A stretch of 64,000 nt of DNA from positions 1,353,960-1,417,959 of the forward strand of contig NW_003314262.1 in assembly GCF_000143415.4 (NCBI RefSeq), written 5' to 3'. Position numbers and translations under genes: made by a program. This DNA is from Selaginella moellendorffii. Its lineage: Eukaryota; Plantae; Lycopodiophyta. Below, one piece after another: positions 38,852-50,478 of this stretch. Every line of letters begins with the position of its first letter. Positions within the stretch are counted from its first letter, which is position 1. Below the pieces are notes generated by a model, which was not told where the DNA came from, did no database searches, and saw nothing but the letters and a program-made list of their open reading frames with translations.

Positions 38852-39042
38852 CCTTCCTCTTAAAGAAAAAGAACTTTTTAGAGGAGTAAAATTCTTAATA
38901 GAAAACTACCTTTAAACTTAGGGCTTATAGCTCCTTTAAACTTTATGGTTCTTATTACTTTAACATATAAAATTTAGGGTTCTTGTTCTTTAATCCCTTG
39001 TAGGGTTTTTGAAATTTTGGCTCCAAATGTAGGTAGGGAAGA

Positions 39043-40258
39043 ATGCTGCCGCCTTCGGAGGAGGACATGGAAGTCCTGGCGCGGGATCTGGCGGCGCTGG
39101 AAGAGGTAGAGGATGGATGCGATGCGATCGATCGAGCGATGTTCTTGAGAGATTGTTTGTGCAGGAATTCAGGGACGCCAAATCCGAGGCTGAGTCGCTG
39201 AGGGCTCTTCTTGCTGCCGAGACGCAATGCCGCCAGGCCGCCGAGAATCTGTGCGCGTCGCTGGAAGGGGGTAAGATATCTGGAAATCCCTCTTTCGTTC
39301 TCGTTCTTAGTTTTTTCTCGAAATTTCCATCTCAATGAACTGGATCTCTTGAAATGCTTGTGGCAGACAAGGCTCGACTGATGAAATCGCAGGAGGAATT
39401 TCTGGCACAGACTGTCCAGCAGGTACGATGATTTCTGTTAGTTCTCGATCTTTCTTTTCTCTCTCGACTCTTTTGGTGATGATTTGAACGTTTGTTTGTT
39501 TGTTTTTCTTTTCTTTTGTTTCGAGCAGCTGGATTACAAGTCGAAGTTTGAAGTCTTGTGGCAAGAAGTTAATCTGAGAAGCGAACAAGACAATGCCATG
39601 CAACAGGTTTTTCTCGACTGGATTAAATTCTCGCGACATTCAAACGTTTGTGGGGATACATATGTTAGGAGCACGAACGAGCTGTATCGACTCTTCAGGA
39701 AAAATTCCAGACCATGGAAGCCGAACTAAACGCGCGTATCAGGTACGTTCTCTGGTTTGTATCTCGTGATCAAACTTTGTTTGCCGCAGCTCCCTGGAAA
39801 AGCAGCTTCGCTCAAAAGAGTCGTGTGTGATTCAGCTGGAGCAAGAGATCGCGCAGCTCCACGACAGCATGGACATTCTTAATCAAAACCATGAAGAACG
39901 CCGCAAAAGGGATCAAACCGAGTGTAAGTTTACGTTCTTTCAATCCAGGACTGAGGTTTCCTTTCCACTTTCTCAGTCCAGCGTGAGATCACAGCTTTGA
40001 AGCTGGAACTCCAAACCGCAAAACAAGCGAATCACAGCTTGAGCGAGCAACTGGAGAAGCAGCAGCAAAATTGTAAGCGTGATTCTCTCGATCTTTTCTC
40101 CTGACTTGGATGCGCTTTGATTTGTAGCGCTGCTCGAAAAGACGAGGCTAGAAGCCCAGATCCAAGATCTAAGCTCCAACTGGCAAGTGGGAGCTCTCAA
40201 ACAAAAGCTCATGAAGCTCCGAAAGGAGAACGAAGATCTCAAGCGAAGAAGATTCTAA
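39043..40258 (+). CDS. At-4/1-like coiled-coil protein, multi-exon
   Basis: Spliced translation MLPPSEEDMEVL...QLDYKSKF...EHERAV...SSNWQVGALKQKLMKLRKENEDLKRR matches the recalled 4/1 C-terminus. Confidence 0.85.
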
Positions 40259-40402
40259 GGACACGGGCAAGAATATGCTTAGAGATTAGATTATAAGAGG
40301 AATCGAACCCACGATCTACCCTTATATAGTGAGATCCCCTTTGTCCAAGTTAGGGTTTAAAAGCTTTTTTGGATCCATAGGGTTTTCAGTCCGAGAAGGG
40401 AG

Positions 40403-41848
40403 ATGGAGGCACTGGACATGCCGCTCGATTCTCTGGTGAAGAAGAGCAAGATTTCGTCGCGCGGCGGTGGCAGCAGCAGGCTTCGCCGCGGCAGGGGCAG
40501 AGGCGGCAAGATCGCTCAGGGTAGAGGCGGAGGCAGCAGCACAGCAGGGACATTTCTGGGTCCAAGATCTTCGGGGCTCTTCCGCAAGGGCTCGCGATAC
40601 CGCGCCGGCGCGTTCGGCATCACCAAGGCAAGAAAACCGAAACAAACGCAGTGCTTTCATTCTTCTTTCCTTCTTTTCCCTCTCAAGGGGTTAGAATAGG
40701 TGTAGTTCTTTTGGGACAGGGGGAGCAGTCTTCTTCTTCTTCGGTTCCTTTGTTTTTGCCTTCCCTTCTCGTCGTTCGTGGTGTGTGCTGCCTTTGGAAT
40801 GACCCTTTTGGGGGGGAGCCAGAAAAAAGGATTGGTTTTGGAGTGTTGGCTGAAAACCCAAGTCAAGGATTTGAGACGGATGGATCTAGAAGGGGCAAAC
40901 TCGAGACAAAAAAAAGTTCTGCCTCGACGCTTCTTCCTTTGCTACTTAGAGTCGATCCTTCAGCTCTACTGCACAGTTACATATGCATTTACCTTTGGCC
41001 GGATAGTTGTTTCACTCTGCTGGATGATGGATTTGAGTCAGTCCTCTCTTCGTTTTGCGTGAAAAAGTTTTGCGTTGCTTATATATTGAGGGAAACACTG
41101 TATCTACAGTTAAACCGTGGTGGAGTTCCTCCTCTCTGGCAGCAGTTAGACGAAGGTGCCCGGCTTTACGTTTCTAACTTAGACAGCGGGGTCTCGAACG
41201 ACGACATCAAGGTTCGTGTTCTATTCGACACTCTTGATCCGGGACTGAGGAACTGCGCTCTACTTCTACTGGCAGGAGCTCTTCTCTGAGATTGGCGAGC
41301 TCAAGCAATGCTCCATCCACTACGACAAAGTTGGACGCTCAAAGGTCGGCTTTTGCTTTTCACTTTCCTTTTGGTTTAGACATCCCTGACGTGTTTGCGT
41401 GGTCACAGGGTACAGCCGAGGTCTACTTTGCGAGAAAGGAGCGAGCCCTGGTGGCGATGAAGCAGTATAACAACGTGCAGCTGGACGGGAAGCCGATGGT
41501 GATTGACATGATCGGCGGTGGCGCTCAGCTCACAAATGGCTACGTTGCTCCAGCACCTCGACCGCAGAGGGCGTTCCCAAGGTAGAGCAAACTCGATTCG
41601 TTTTTCAATTCTCGAGACCAAGGGCGCTGAGCTTTAGATTGTCCAGTGCGATGGGAGTGGCGGGTGCCCGAGCTGGTAACGCCGGCGCTGTCCGAAGAGC
41701 GACAGGCCGGGGTGGAAGAGGCCGAGGTCGCGGCCGGGGCCGAGGCCGCGGCGGTGCTAGTGCCTCTGGCCGGGGGCCGCAAAAGTCTGTGGACGAGCTC
41801 AACGCGGAGCTGGAGAAGTATCACTCGCAAGCCATGGATATGTCGTAG
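40403..41848 (+). CDS. ALYREF: mRNA export adaptor ALY/REF (THO complex subunit 4)
   Basis: N-box [19 protein letters not shown]...GTAEVYF...[14 protein letters not shown] tract and C-box [13 protein letters not shown]. Confidence 0.93.
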
Positions 41849-42225
41849 TATCAGCGAAGATCACAGGGAAGCTACGTTAAAAGTCATCCATCTCTGAAGA
41901 GGTGGAAGCGAGGAAAAAGAAGAAAAAAATGAGAGGGGGTGCTGATTATGGGTGATGATGTATAGGTTTGTAGCAGCCTCGTGTACAAGAAAGGTTTTGC
42001 AAAAGCCTCAGATGTCCATCAAAACTTATCTATGATTTAAGTTCAATTTGTTGGTAAAGAATTTCCTGTTGTACCAAATTCTTCAATATAAAAGAACAAG
42101 CTCGGCACAGGGTGTGTATACTCCGACGTAGGCGCGACGCATACGCAAAGAGTTGTGTGGCCTTCTAAAGTTGCCCAGTCGTCATCGAAGGCGCATCCAT
42201 GTACGGCTTGTAAAACCGAGGGAAT

Positions 42226-42636
42226 ATTCCATTTGCCGCCATATGTCAGTATTAGGGTCACGACCATTGGAGAGAGAAGAGGAAGTGAAGTGAAGAAGAA
42301 TAAAGGAGATGAAGAGTTCCTGGACGAAATGCTCTAAATCGTGTGAACGAGCAAAGGGAAGCAAAGGAGTGTTATTGAGTGCACCAGTGAAAACACCCAA
42401 GGAACACTTAGGTATTTGCTCTAAGGTAAAACTGCTGGCCACAGTGAGGACATGGAATATCCATGGTTGCTCAACGATGCTCCCTTGCTTCCCTTCGTAC
42501 TCGAAGCTGCTCGTTCACTAGAGCACTTCGTCAAAGAACTCTTCATCAAGGCATCCTTTATTTTTCTTCCGATGATGGACTGTTTTTCTTTTTCCAATGG
42601 TCGTGACCCTAATACTGACGTGGCAGCAAATGGAAT
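42226..42636. repeat. Imperfect ~410-nt inverted repeat (hairpin RNA candidate)
   Basis: ATTCCATTTGCCGCC..GTCAGTATTAGGGTCACGACCATTGGA pairs with TCCAATGGTCGTGACCCTAATACTGAC..GGCAGCAAATGGAAT, and inner segments also pair. Confidence 0.88.
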
Positions 42637-42670
42637 GGTTATAACGAATTCTTCTTTTTTTCATTTACAG

Positions 42671-42800
42671 TACGATTTCGAGGAGAAACTTGCGCTTGAG
42701 CTAGAAGAGGAGAGAAGATCCCAGCTGCATCCTAAAAGGAGAATAAAAGAGCAAGAACAAAAGATTGGAAATCTCGAGATGGCCATTCGAAGGCTATGAA
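42671..42800 (+). pseudogene. Isolated exon fragment, kinesin-7-like coiled coil
   Basis: YDFEEKLALELEEERRSQ...IKEQEQKIGNL between AG and GT sites. Recalled similarity only. Confidence 0.3.
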
Positions 42801-43553
42801 GGTGGTTTATCCCTGGTATTTATGTTCTTTGGTTCTGAAATATTTGCTTGCACAGGTAATTTTGGACGCATCTGATAAGATCATTAATTTATCTGTACTA
42901 ATGCCTTACCTGGGTGATGATCTCTGGGATGTGTAAAGTAAGCCGTGTAGAACCGAGGGAACACAATGCCATAGGCTTTACCCAAAAATGCCATAGAAAA
43001 TACTTTGTTGCGTAGATTTAGAAGTTGTTTTCGAAATCGTCCAAACGTAGCACCTGAAACAAGTATTCACGACCTAAGAACATTAAGAACGATACATACC
43101 AACAACTTTTCTTGCATTAGAGCTGGATCAGTGGGTATCTACAGAAACAGGAAAAAAATTCAATGAGAAGGCTGGCCAGCTTCAACTGCGCCTCCGGAAT
43201 CAAGCCAAAAGTACATCGCTCTCGAGGCAAGTTGAAGTGTTCCCTTTGTTTCCTTCTTGAAACATTATACTTTGGCTTCCCTTGTTCGAATCCCTTCAAC
43301 ATAGACTCCCCAGGGGGCGACTCTCTGAGATGGAGGATCCCGTGTGTTTCCATCGGCAGGCGGCGGCGGCGCTGGAGCTTCTGGTGCTGTCAATGTCTTC
43401 GTCAATCGGTGCTATCCCGCAGGCAAGCTCAGCGGCCCGATGCTTTCTCTCTCTCGGATTTCCTCTTTGGTTACCATGGCATCATCCTATAGAGTTGAGT
43501 TGACCATGGCTATTGGGCTATAGAGTTGTCACTCCCAGGTATGTATCTTCGCT

Positions 43554-44640
43554 TTGATTGTTTCAGAAGCAGCGTGTTGCTCTGGTTTGCTCGACCCGTA
43601 CTTCTGCAATGCGGTCCAGAATTTCTCCGTGTTTGGACGCAACGTTGTGTGCCAGGACTGGTCTGGCATTGTGGCCTTCATGCCGGGTCTCATTCCCGAT
43701 TCAGCAAGCACTGCCTCAATAGTTCTCGCTCCAGGCTCCAGGCCACAGGATTCCGCAGCTTGTGGAGCTGTTGCAGGCCTTCGTGGACGGCCTGGGACTG
43801 TTTGAAGTTAAGGTGACTTGCCTCAGCGAGCCAGCGACCTTTCACCCGGAATTGTACTCGGGACTCCAGACAGGATGCAGGAAGTATTGTGCGGGGCCAG
43901 CACGACATGGAAGCCACACAGAGCGGTTCTCGTAGAGACGGATGTGCTTGTTTCCACACACAAAGTACATATGGAGGCAATATGCTCCATCCTTTGGAGC
44001 CGTGACGTGACCTTCGGTATCCAGTCGCTAGACGATGTAGAAGATATCGTCACAAGGTTCTGCAAGGGCGAGACGAGCAGGATTGCCAGGCCAGCCTTCA
44101 CCGTAAGGTCAGTCAAGCACTTCTATGCAGCTGTCAAGAGCGCCAGTGACAAGCTCGCCAAGCTCGGGGAAGTGTGGAAGTTGTTTCGGACCAGGAGCGA
44201 CACAGTGACTGTGTACTGCAACTCCGTACGCAGGTGAAACTGGTTGCTTCTGGGGTGGAAAGTGCGGGTTTTGAAGTGGCTGCAGCGCACATTGACATGC
44301 CACAGCACTGCATTGAAGAGACGAATCGGGCTTTTTGCCAGCGTGGTTTGCTTCTATAATCTACAGTGGAAGGCAGCATGTTATCAACTTTGACATGCCC
44401 GAGTCCGTGGATGAGTATTTGGCGAGAGCAGGCGTGCACAGGCTACTTTGGATGAGAAAGGTGGTGAGCATCTGCTCTGAGCTTGAAGTTTGTTTGCTGC
44501 GCGAGTTTGAGAGGAGCCTTGGTTTCGAGGTTGATCTCCTGGTTGCAAGAGACCATCGTCTGAATGGAAAGAAGCCACCTCGACGAAAGAGGCAAGAAAA
44601 AGAGAAAGTTGGTCACTCTGGTAAAGATTGTAAGAAATAA
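43554..44640 (+). pseudogene. Degenerate DEAD-box helicase (eIF4A/UAP56-like)
   Basis: Remnants GRNVVCQDWSG, IVLAP, IVLGTPDR, VKHFY, VYCNSVRR, HIDMPQ and VINFDMPESVDEYL in the correct order. Walker A, DEAD and motif VI destroyed; frameshifts present. Confidence 0.7.
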
Positions 44641-45798
44641 AACTAAACATCTGCTGGCAAAGGGTAATCACCAAGCTGTGCTGAAGCAACGCAAGCTCCT
44701 GGGCCTCGGCAATGCTGGTCAGCGGCCGCCTCCTCTCCCACTTCCTTGGAAACTTGAGGAGCTGCGGTAAAAAGAGAGTTCAAACGAACACTTCCTCCCC
44801 TAGCACGCGCTCACTGCCCGGCCAAATTTCGCAAAAATATTTCGAAAGGACTCACAATAGAAAATTGATATTTACCGAATTACTCAGCATCCAACGGTGT
44901 TAATCCAGATCCGGCAGATCACAAAGTTCCCCTATAATAGTAGATTATATTAATATGGATCTTGACCGGGTTCCCTTAGAATATTCGCACTTCAAACTAT
45001 AATCCTGGCTGTATATAAGCCCATGTTGGTTTAATTAGTTGCAAGCTCATTCTATGCTTGAAATAATTTGGGGCTCTTTCTTGGGACTGATCAATGCATG
45101 CTCGGCATTTGTTTGTGATCATGTGCATGAATGCCGTGAACACTACCGCCACCACTGCCACCATTGCCATCACCAACGTGGAGCCAAAAAGTTGTACTCT
45201 TGGCTGGGAAGAGGATATCTTCCCTGCTACGAAAGGAAAACTATCAGAAAACCAGACAGAGCAGCTCTGTTGGATCCGATAGCAACGGCACCGCTGGGAG
45301 CAACAAAGGTCTGCTCATGAGCAGGATGCTCTGTTTGGCTCCGCTGTTTTTGCTCGCTGCTGGTGGCGAGCAGCCAGTTACCAAAACGGCCAAGACAGCT
45401 TGATGGAGAGCTGCCGCTTGTGAATTTTTAGAACTTGAGATTTCTCTTCTCGGTGATAATTGGAATGAATGAAGCGATTCTTGAATCTTGAATCTTCTGC
45501 AGTGTGTTGGAGCAATGCGCTGCAGAAAAGTTTCAAGAATCAAGAATCGGTTTGTTTTCTCGTCAGCTAAACAAGAATGGGATTTAAACAATTTTCAAGG
45601 TTTAAAAACCAGTTCCTCGTCCCAGTCATGCTGGGCTGAAAACTTTGAGCTTAGAAACCTTGAAAGAATATATATATAGCATTTCTTGGAATTATTTAAG
45701 CTTTCAAGTAATAAGTCTTGTGAATGTAATTTGGTGCAATAACTTCGTTTATACCTCCTGACAGCGGGTTTGCACGTTGCCCAACCAAGCTTCTGAAA

Positions 45799-47598
45799 TC
45801 ACGCGTGGAATCTGTTTAGGTTGACATCGTCAGAGGCATTGCTTGTACTGTGCAAAGAAGACTTCGAATCGTAATCTTCGGGAATCTCAGCACTTGTAAC
45901 GACAATGTCTGTGTTTGCTGCAAGCGGCAAATTTGGCAGCTCTGATTCACCACTCAAGACTTGGCAGCACAGCCTCATCGTCGGCCGCTCCTCCGAATGC
46001 CAAGAGCAGCATCTTAGGGCCAATTGAATTACTCTCTCAACCTGCTTCATATCAATTCCATCTTGGATCCTTGGATCAACAAGTTCTGCGGGTTGACTCA
46101 GTGTTCCGGCCCATTCCAAGAGCACCATCTTAGTGTCACCAGCAAACCTGTGGTCGACAGCGCGTCTTCCAGCAACAATTTCGAGTACAAGAATCCCGAA
46201 ACTGTACACGTCGGATTTTTCAGTGGCTCTTCCACTATAAGCAAGCTCCGGTGAGATATAACCCAATGTTCCCGCCCTGGTCATCGTTTGAGAGCCGATT
46301 GTGTGCTGCATCAACCGGGCTAGGCCGAAGTCCCCCATCTTGGCAGTCATTCTTTCATCCAGCAGGACATTTGCCGCTTTGATATCCCTGTGAACAATCC
46401 GCTTCTCCAACCCTTCATGCAGGTATCTTAGCGCCTCTGCAACACATCTGATGATATTGAATCTTTGGTTCCAGGATAGCGGATTAGTTGAACCCGAAGC
46501 GCTTGTGAAGAGTACCTTGTCTAGGCTTCCTTTGGACATGCATTCGTAGACGAGGAGGAGCTTATCGTGCTCATGGCACCAGCCTTGGAGCGCGACCAGG
46601 TTTTGGTGCCTTACCCTGCTGATCATGTTGAGTTCTTCCCGGAACTGCTGCTCAGCCTCATGATCAGGTGAATTGCTTTGAAGGTCTTTGACTGCGACTT
46701 CTATCCTTGATGTTGGTGTATTTTGCAGGAACCCCTTGTAGACGGTGCTGGTTCCACCTCTGCCTAGAACTTCCTTGAAGTCAGCTGTTGCAGATCGCAG
46801 CTCTTTGAAGGTGTAGTTTATCGGAATGTTGGCAGCTAGCAAAGCCGACCTCTGCAACACCTTCTTCTTCATCAGCTGCCTTCTTCGTGTTCGAAAAATC
46901 AAAAGTGCTGCTCCAGCAATCACAAATGGGCCTGCAATCGCCAAGAAGTATAAATTCAGGCCTTTTGAAGCAGAGGCAGCACCAGCAGTTGAGAATGACC
47001 AAGACGAAACTGTGACTATGTCGTTTGTTTCAAGAGCTTGCAACCCCTGGAAGAAGTAGCCGCCAGTGATAGAACAACTGAAATCGGTGATTGGCATGCT
47101 TGGTCGAGAGTTGGTATTCTCTGCAACATAAACACGGACGGAGTGTGGAGCTCCATGAAGATGATATTCTACCCATGCGTTGACAGTGGCATTCGTGGAG
47201 AAACGGAAGTTGGATTTAGATGAAGATGCATTGCAGCCATGAACAGAAACCCAATGATCTGCAAAACTGAAAGCCACTTGGAGTGGATCGCATGGGTACA
47301 GGGGATCAGCATAACAAACTGGGTAGTTCGGCGATGTCCCCGCCACTAGGAATACAAGCCTGCCTGTATCACTATGAGTCCGGAAGACGAAGCTGGCATC
47401 AAATGACAACGGCATGCGGGAGACAGATAAAGCATAGAAGGCTTGGCTGAAATTTGAGGCCGGAAATGTGATCTGATTAAAATCCAGGATGGCATTACCT
47501 CGAAAATAGTGATCGGAGGTGCCAGGGAAACGGAAGCTCAGGCATTGAGCTTTTGCAAAGGATTGAAGCAGAAGAACCAGAACAAGAAAAAACACCAT
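45799..47598 (-). CDS. L-type lectin-like receptor kinase, intronless
   Basis: Signal peptide MVFFLVLVLLL, legume-lectin-like ectodomain (AWVEY, VSSWSF), TM segment, kinase motifs VAVK, HRDIKAAN, DFG and GTLGYISPE. Confidence 0.9.
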   Translation of the reverse strand: MVFFLVLVLLLQSFAKAQCLSFRFPGTSDHYFRGNAILDFNQITFPASNFSQAFYALSVSRMPLSFDASFVFRTHSDTGRLVFLVAGTSPNYPVCYADPLYPCDPLQVAFSFADHWVSVHGCNASSSKSNFRFSTNATVNAWVEYHLHGAPHSVRVYVAENTNSRPSMPITDFSCSITGGYFFQGLQALETNDIVTVSSWSFSTAGAASASKGLNLYFLAIAGPFVIAGAALLIFRTRRRQLMKKKVLQRSALLAANIPINYTFKELRSATADFKEVLGRGGTSTVYKGFLQNTPTSRIEVAVKDLQSNSPDHEAEQQFREELNMISRVRHQNLVALQGWCHEHDKLLLVYECMSKGSLDKVLFTSASGSTNPLSWNQRFNIIRCVAEALRYLHEGLEKRIVHRDIKAANVLLDERMTAKMGDFGLARLMQHTIGSQTMTRAGTLGYISPELAYSGRATEKSDVYSFGILVLEIVAGRRAVDHRFAGDTKMVLLEWAGTLSQPAELVDPRIQDGIDMKQVERVIQLALRCCSWHSEERPTMRLCCQVLSGESELPNLPLAANTDIVVTSAEIPEDYDSKSSLHSTSNASDDVNLNRFHA

Positions 47599-49621
47599 GG
47601 ATGAATGAATGAGCGGCTTCTCTCTAAAACTCCGTGTCTTAATACTTGAGAGGTGTGTACTTCCGTGTTCTTTAAAAATAATGTTGTTTTTCCTTTGAGT
47701 AGAATGAGTTAGAGTGTGCGCAAAAACGTTGTCCCCACAGACACCATTTTGTATGATTTTGTGCTCGTAACATTTTTTTTGCCACAAGATCTCTTGCTTG
47801 GTCAGCATAGTTGAGTCAAAGCAGGTTGGTCAATATATTGATCTTTCAACTGCTTCAACGTGCATCAGTTTCAAAGTTTGACAAATCTTCGATCCCTTCC
47901 TTCGCGAACATTAAGCAACAGTTGTCATCGGATCCGTCCACGCCAAGGCAGTGACGTTTTCGGAGGAATTTATGACGCTTACGAAAATGAGATGCTATGA
48001 GCCCAGGTCTTCTAACATTGGCAAAGATTCAAACAAGGCATATGCAAAAACACCGCGTTCCACAGAAGGCTATCTTGCTTTGGGATCCTTTCAAAAACCT
48101 TCTTGATATTGTTTTGCCATGTTATACATATGACTTAGTAAATTTTAGAATGCAATGCTGCACCATGAGATCTCCAGAAGCAGTTCCTGGCATCGGTTCA
48201 GATTCCCTCTCTGGGCAAATTTGTGGCATCAGGGCAGACTGATCGCAGTTCTCCAAGAGATCAGCTGCCAGTTCCTCCCTCAGTCTCCAATCAACCCTCC
48301 CTGCAGAGCGAGCAGCGGATCAAGAGACGAGCTGCAATCGCCATTCATACTTTTGCCCAGATACCAGTGCTCAAAGTTTGTTTTCGTAATTCTCACGAGG
48401 TCCAGCCCCAATCTTTCTCACTCTGTTTCCTTTTGCTAGTCCTCGAGCTAGCGCTTCTACTCCTCGGCCTCCTGGTACTTCTTCTCTGCCTATTAGTGCT
48501 CCACTCGCACGCCTTTCCACTCTGGGAAAGCAAGCGATTTCAGGGTGGTATTTCCACGGTGTTTCCCTCCCGAGAACGCTTCGAGAAGATTGCAAGGGCC
48601 TCGTTCTATGGCGTCTCGAATGCCAGGTAAACAAGAAAAAAAAATGGTTAGTAGTGCATACATCCCCGTGCTCATCGCCTGCGCTGAGCCATATCTGCGC
48701 ATGCATCTCCTGTTCGCAATCAAACAACAACTTTGTGACACTGGCGACTCATGATCGTGATCCACCTCAAAGGGAAGCAAAGAGTTTACAAGCAGTCAAG
48801 CTTCAAGGTTGGCTTGTCTGCTTGTAAAATCTTTGCTTCCTTTGAAATAGATCCTTTCTCAGGTACTGATGAAGATATTCTCCCGGCCGTGAGCTCATTT
48901 CTCTTTTCCAATGCATGTAGAAGTGTCAAGAATCAAGAATCGCTTCATTTTCAGATTCTGGGTCCCATGATTCTCTGTCCAATCTGGACGAGCAGCTGAG
49001 CTGGTTGCGAGCATCGCGGCCATCGCCCGCTAATTCTCCCATGGCTTAATTAGCTACAGACGATCCTTGGGTAATCATTCTGTTGGTAATGGAGCTAGTG
49101 TTTAGAAACCATTCCAGATGTGCCAGCTCCAGCTCGGAAGGATGCGGATAAGAACACACAAACTATTCAGAGCTCTTCTCCCCGTCTTACAAGCAAACGA
49201 AAACAATGTCTAATCATCTCCAACTGACAATGCCGGCCCGGTTGCATTGGTTTTGTGCCATTCCATTATGTAAGGAGAAAGCTTAGCCTCGACTCGTCCT
49301 CTCTATCTAGTGGCTCTCAGTCCCTCTTGCGAGTAGTGCTCGCAACCCTTTCAGGTAAGTCACTAACTAGCTATCCTTTTGGGATTGATTGTGTGGCCAT
49401 TGTTTGTCTCGTGCACAGATCGATGGTGAGTGCTTTAAGCACCACTGCCACTCGCGTGGCGAACATGGTGATGGGTCGCCACAAGCTTGTGACCCATCAG
49501 TTTCCTCCTCTTCGCAGTCGTAACCACAACGTTGTGGTTACGGCTGCGAAGAGGACAGACTGAAACTGATCGAACCAGCTCTACTGGGTCAGGTGGCAGC
49601 GCTAGTTGGGGAGTTGGAAGG

Positions 49622-49805
49622 GTGATAAGCAGGATCTTCTACTTTATCCCACCGCTTGTCCTGGTAGCGGTGGGGATAGCTGCTGTTGTAGACTTGGCCG
49701 TCTGGGTTTTTGCTGCCTTTGGGCTGCTCCCAAAGGCCAACCCAGTGGCAGCAAACCCAAACGGCCAAGTCTACAGCGTCATAGATTTCCTGGCTGCTTA
49801 TCTTT
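49622..49805. repeat. Nested palindromes forming a branched fold-back
   Basis: TGTAGACTTGGCCGTCTGGGTTTTTGCTGCC pairs with GGCAGCAAACCCAAACGGCCAAGTCTACA. Also TATCCCACCGCT/AGCGGTGGGGATA, CCTTTGGG/CCCAAAGG and an outer GATAAGCAG/CTGCTTATC stem. Confidence 0.8.
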
Positions 49806-50478
49806 GCTTTCCCTTTGAAATAGATCTTGAGATTCCTCTTCTGCGCACTTCGGGACGCGCTGCAAAGAGAAAAGAGCCCACCAATCGGTTCCTGGCCGGA
49901 AGCGATTACATTATTCTGCTTCATCAGTACCCTGAGAGAGAATCATTTCATTTCTCTGTTTTAGAGACCCATTTCTATCTCATGATTCATTGCATTAAGA
50001 ATCAGCTCAGAAGAAGCACAAAAGAAAGAAAAGATTCATCCAAGCTTTTCTATTCACATCAGTGACTCGTTTGGCTCGCAGATCCGGTGATGGCCTCGAT
50101 CATGGGTTCCTTGGGTGATCATTCTGTTGGTAATGGAGCAGGAACTCTCTGAGCCCTCCAGATCGCTAATCTCTTCCTTGATCATATGGCAGAAACGCCC
50201 CTCTTGCAAAAACCTCACAGGATCCAAAAGGCTAAAAACTTGACAAACACTGGCTCTAGACTTCTCTGGAGATTTCATGACAACCTCGATCCTGATCTCC
50301 ATGCCCTTCCCACAACAATTGCTCACTATTCTCCCATATCGCTGTGCCTTGAGGAAAAATTACATATATGAGGACGATTCACTTAAACCTAAACCCTAGA
50401 CACTAAACCCGGATATTATTTATAAACCCTGTAATTATGTTTCGCGCTCTTTTCCTTTTAAAAACGTTAGTTGATTGA

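Noticed and set aside
42910-43060. Possible C/D-box snoRNA (GTGATGA...CTGA)
   Set aside because: No terminal stem or recognisable rRNA guide; such motifs are expected by chance.
40403-44640. ALY plus adjacent DEAD-box gene as a functional TREX cluster
   Set aside because: The helicase is catalytically destroyed and not clearly UAP56 rather than eIF4A-type.
45039-45403. Small ORFs downstream of a TATA-like motif
   Set aside because: No recognisable family, signal peptide or consistent frame.
47599-47808. 70-aa N-terminal extension of the lectin receptor kinase in the ORF track
   Set aside because: The signal peptide begins at ATG 47598, and the upstream sequence looks like UTR or promoter.
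48000-50371. Minus-strand coiled-coil-like fragments and a ~30-bp duplication (49066 / 50108)
   Set aside because: Riddled with stops and unassignable; probably pseudogene debris.
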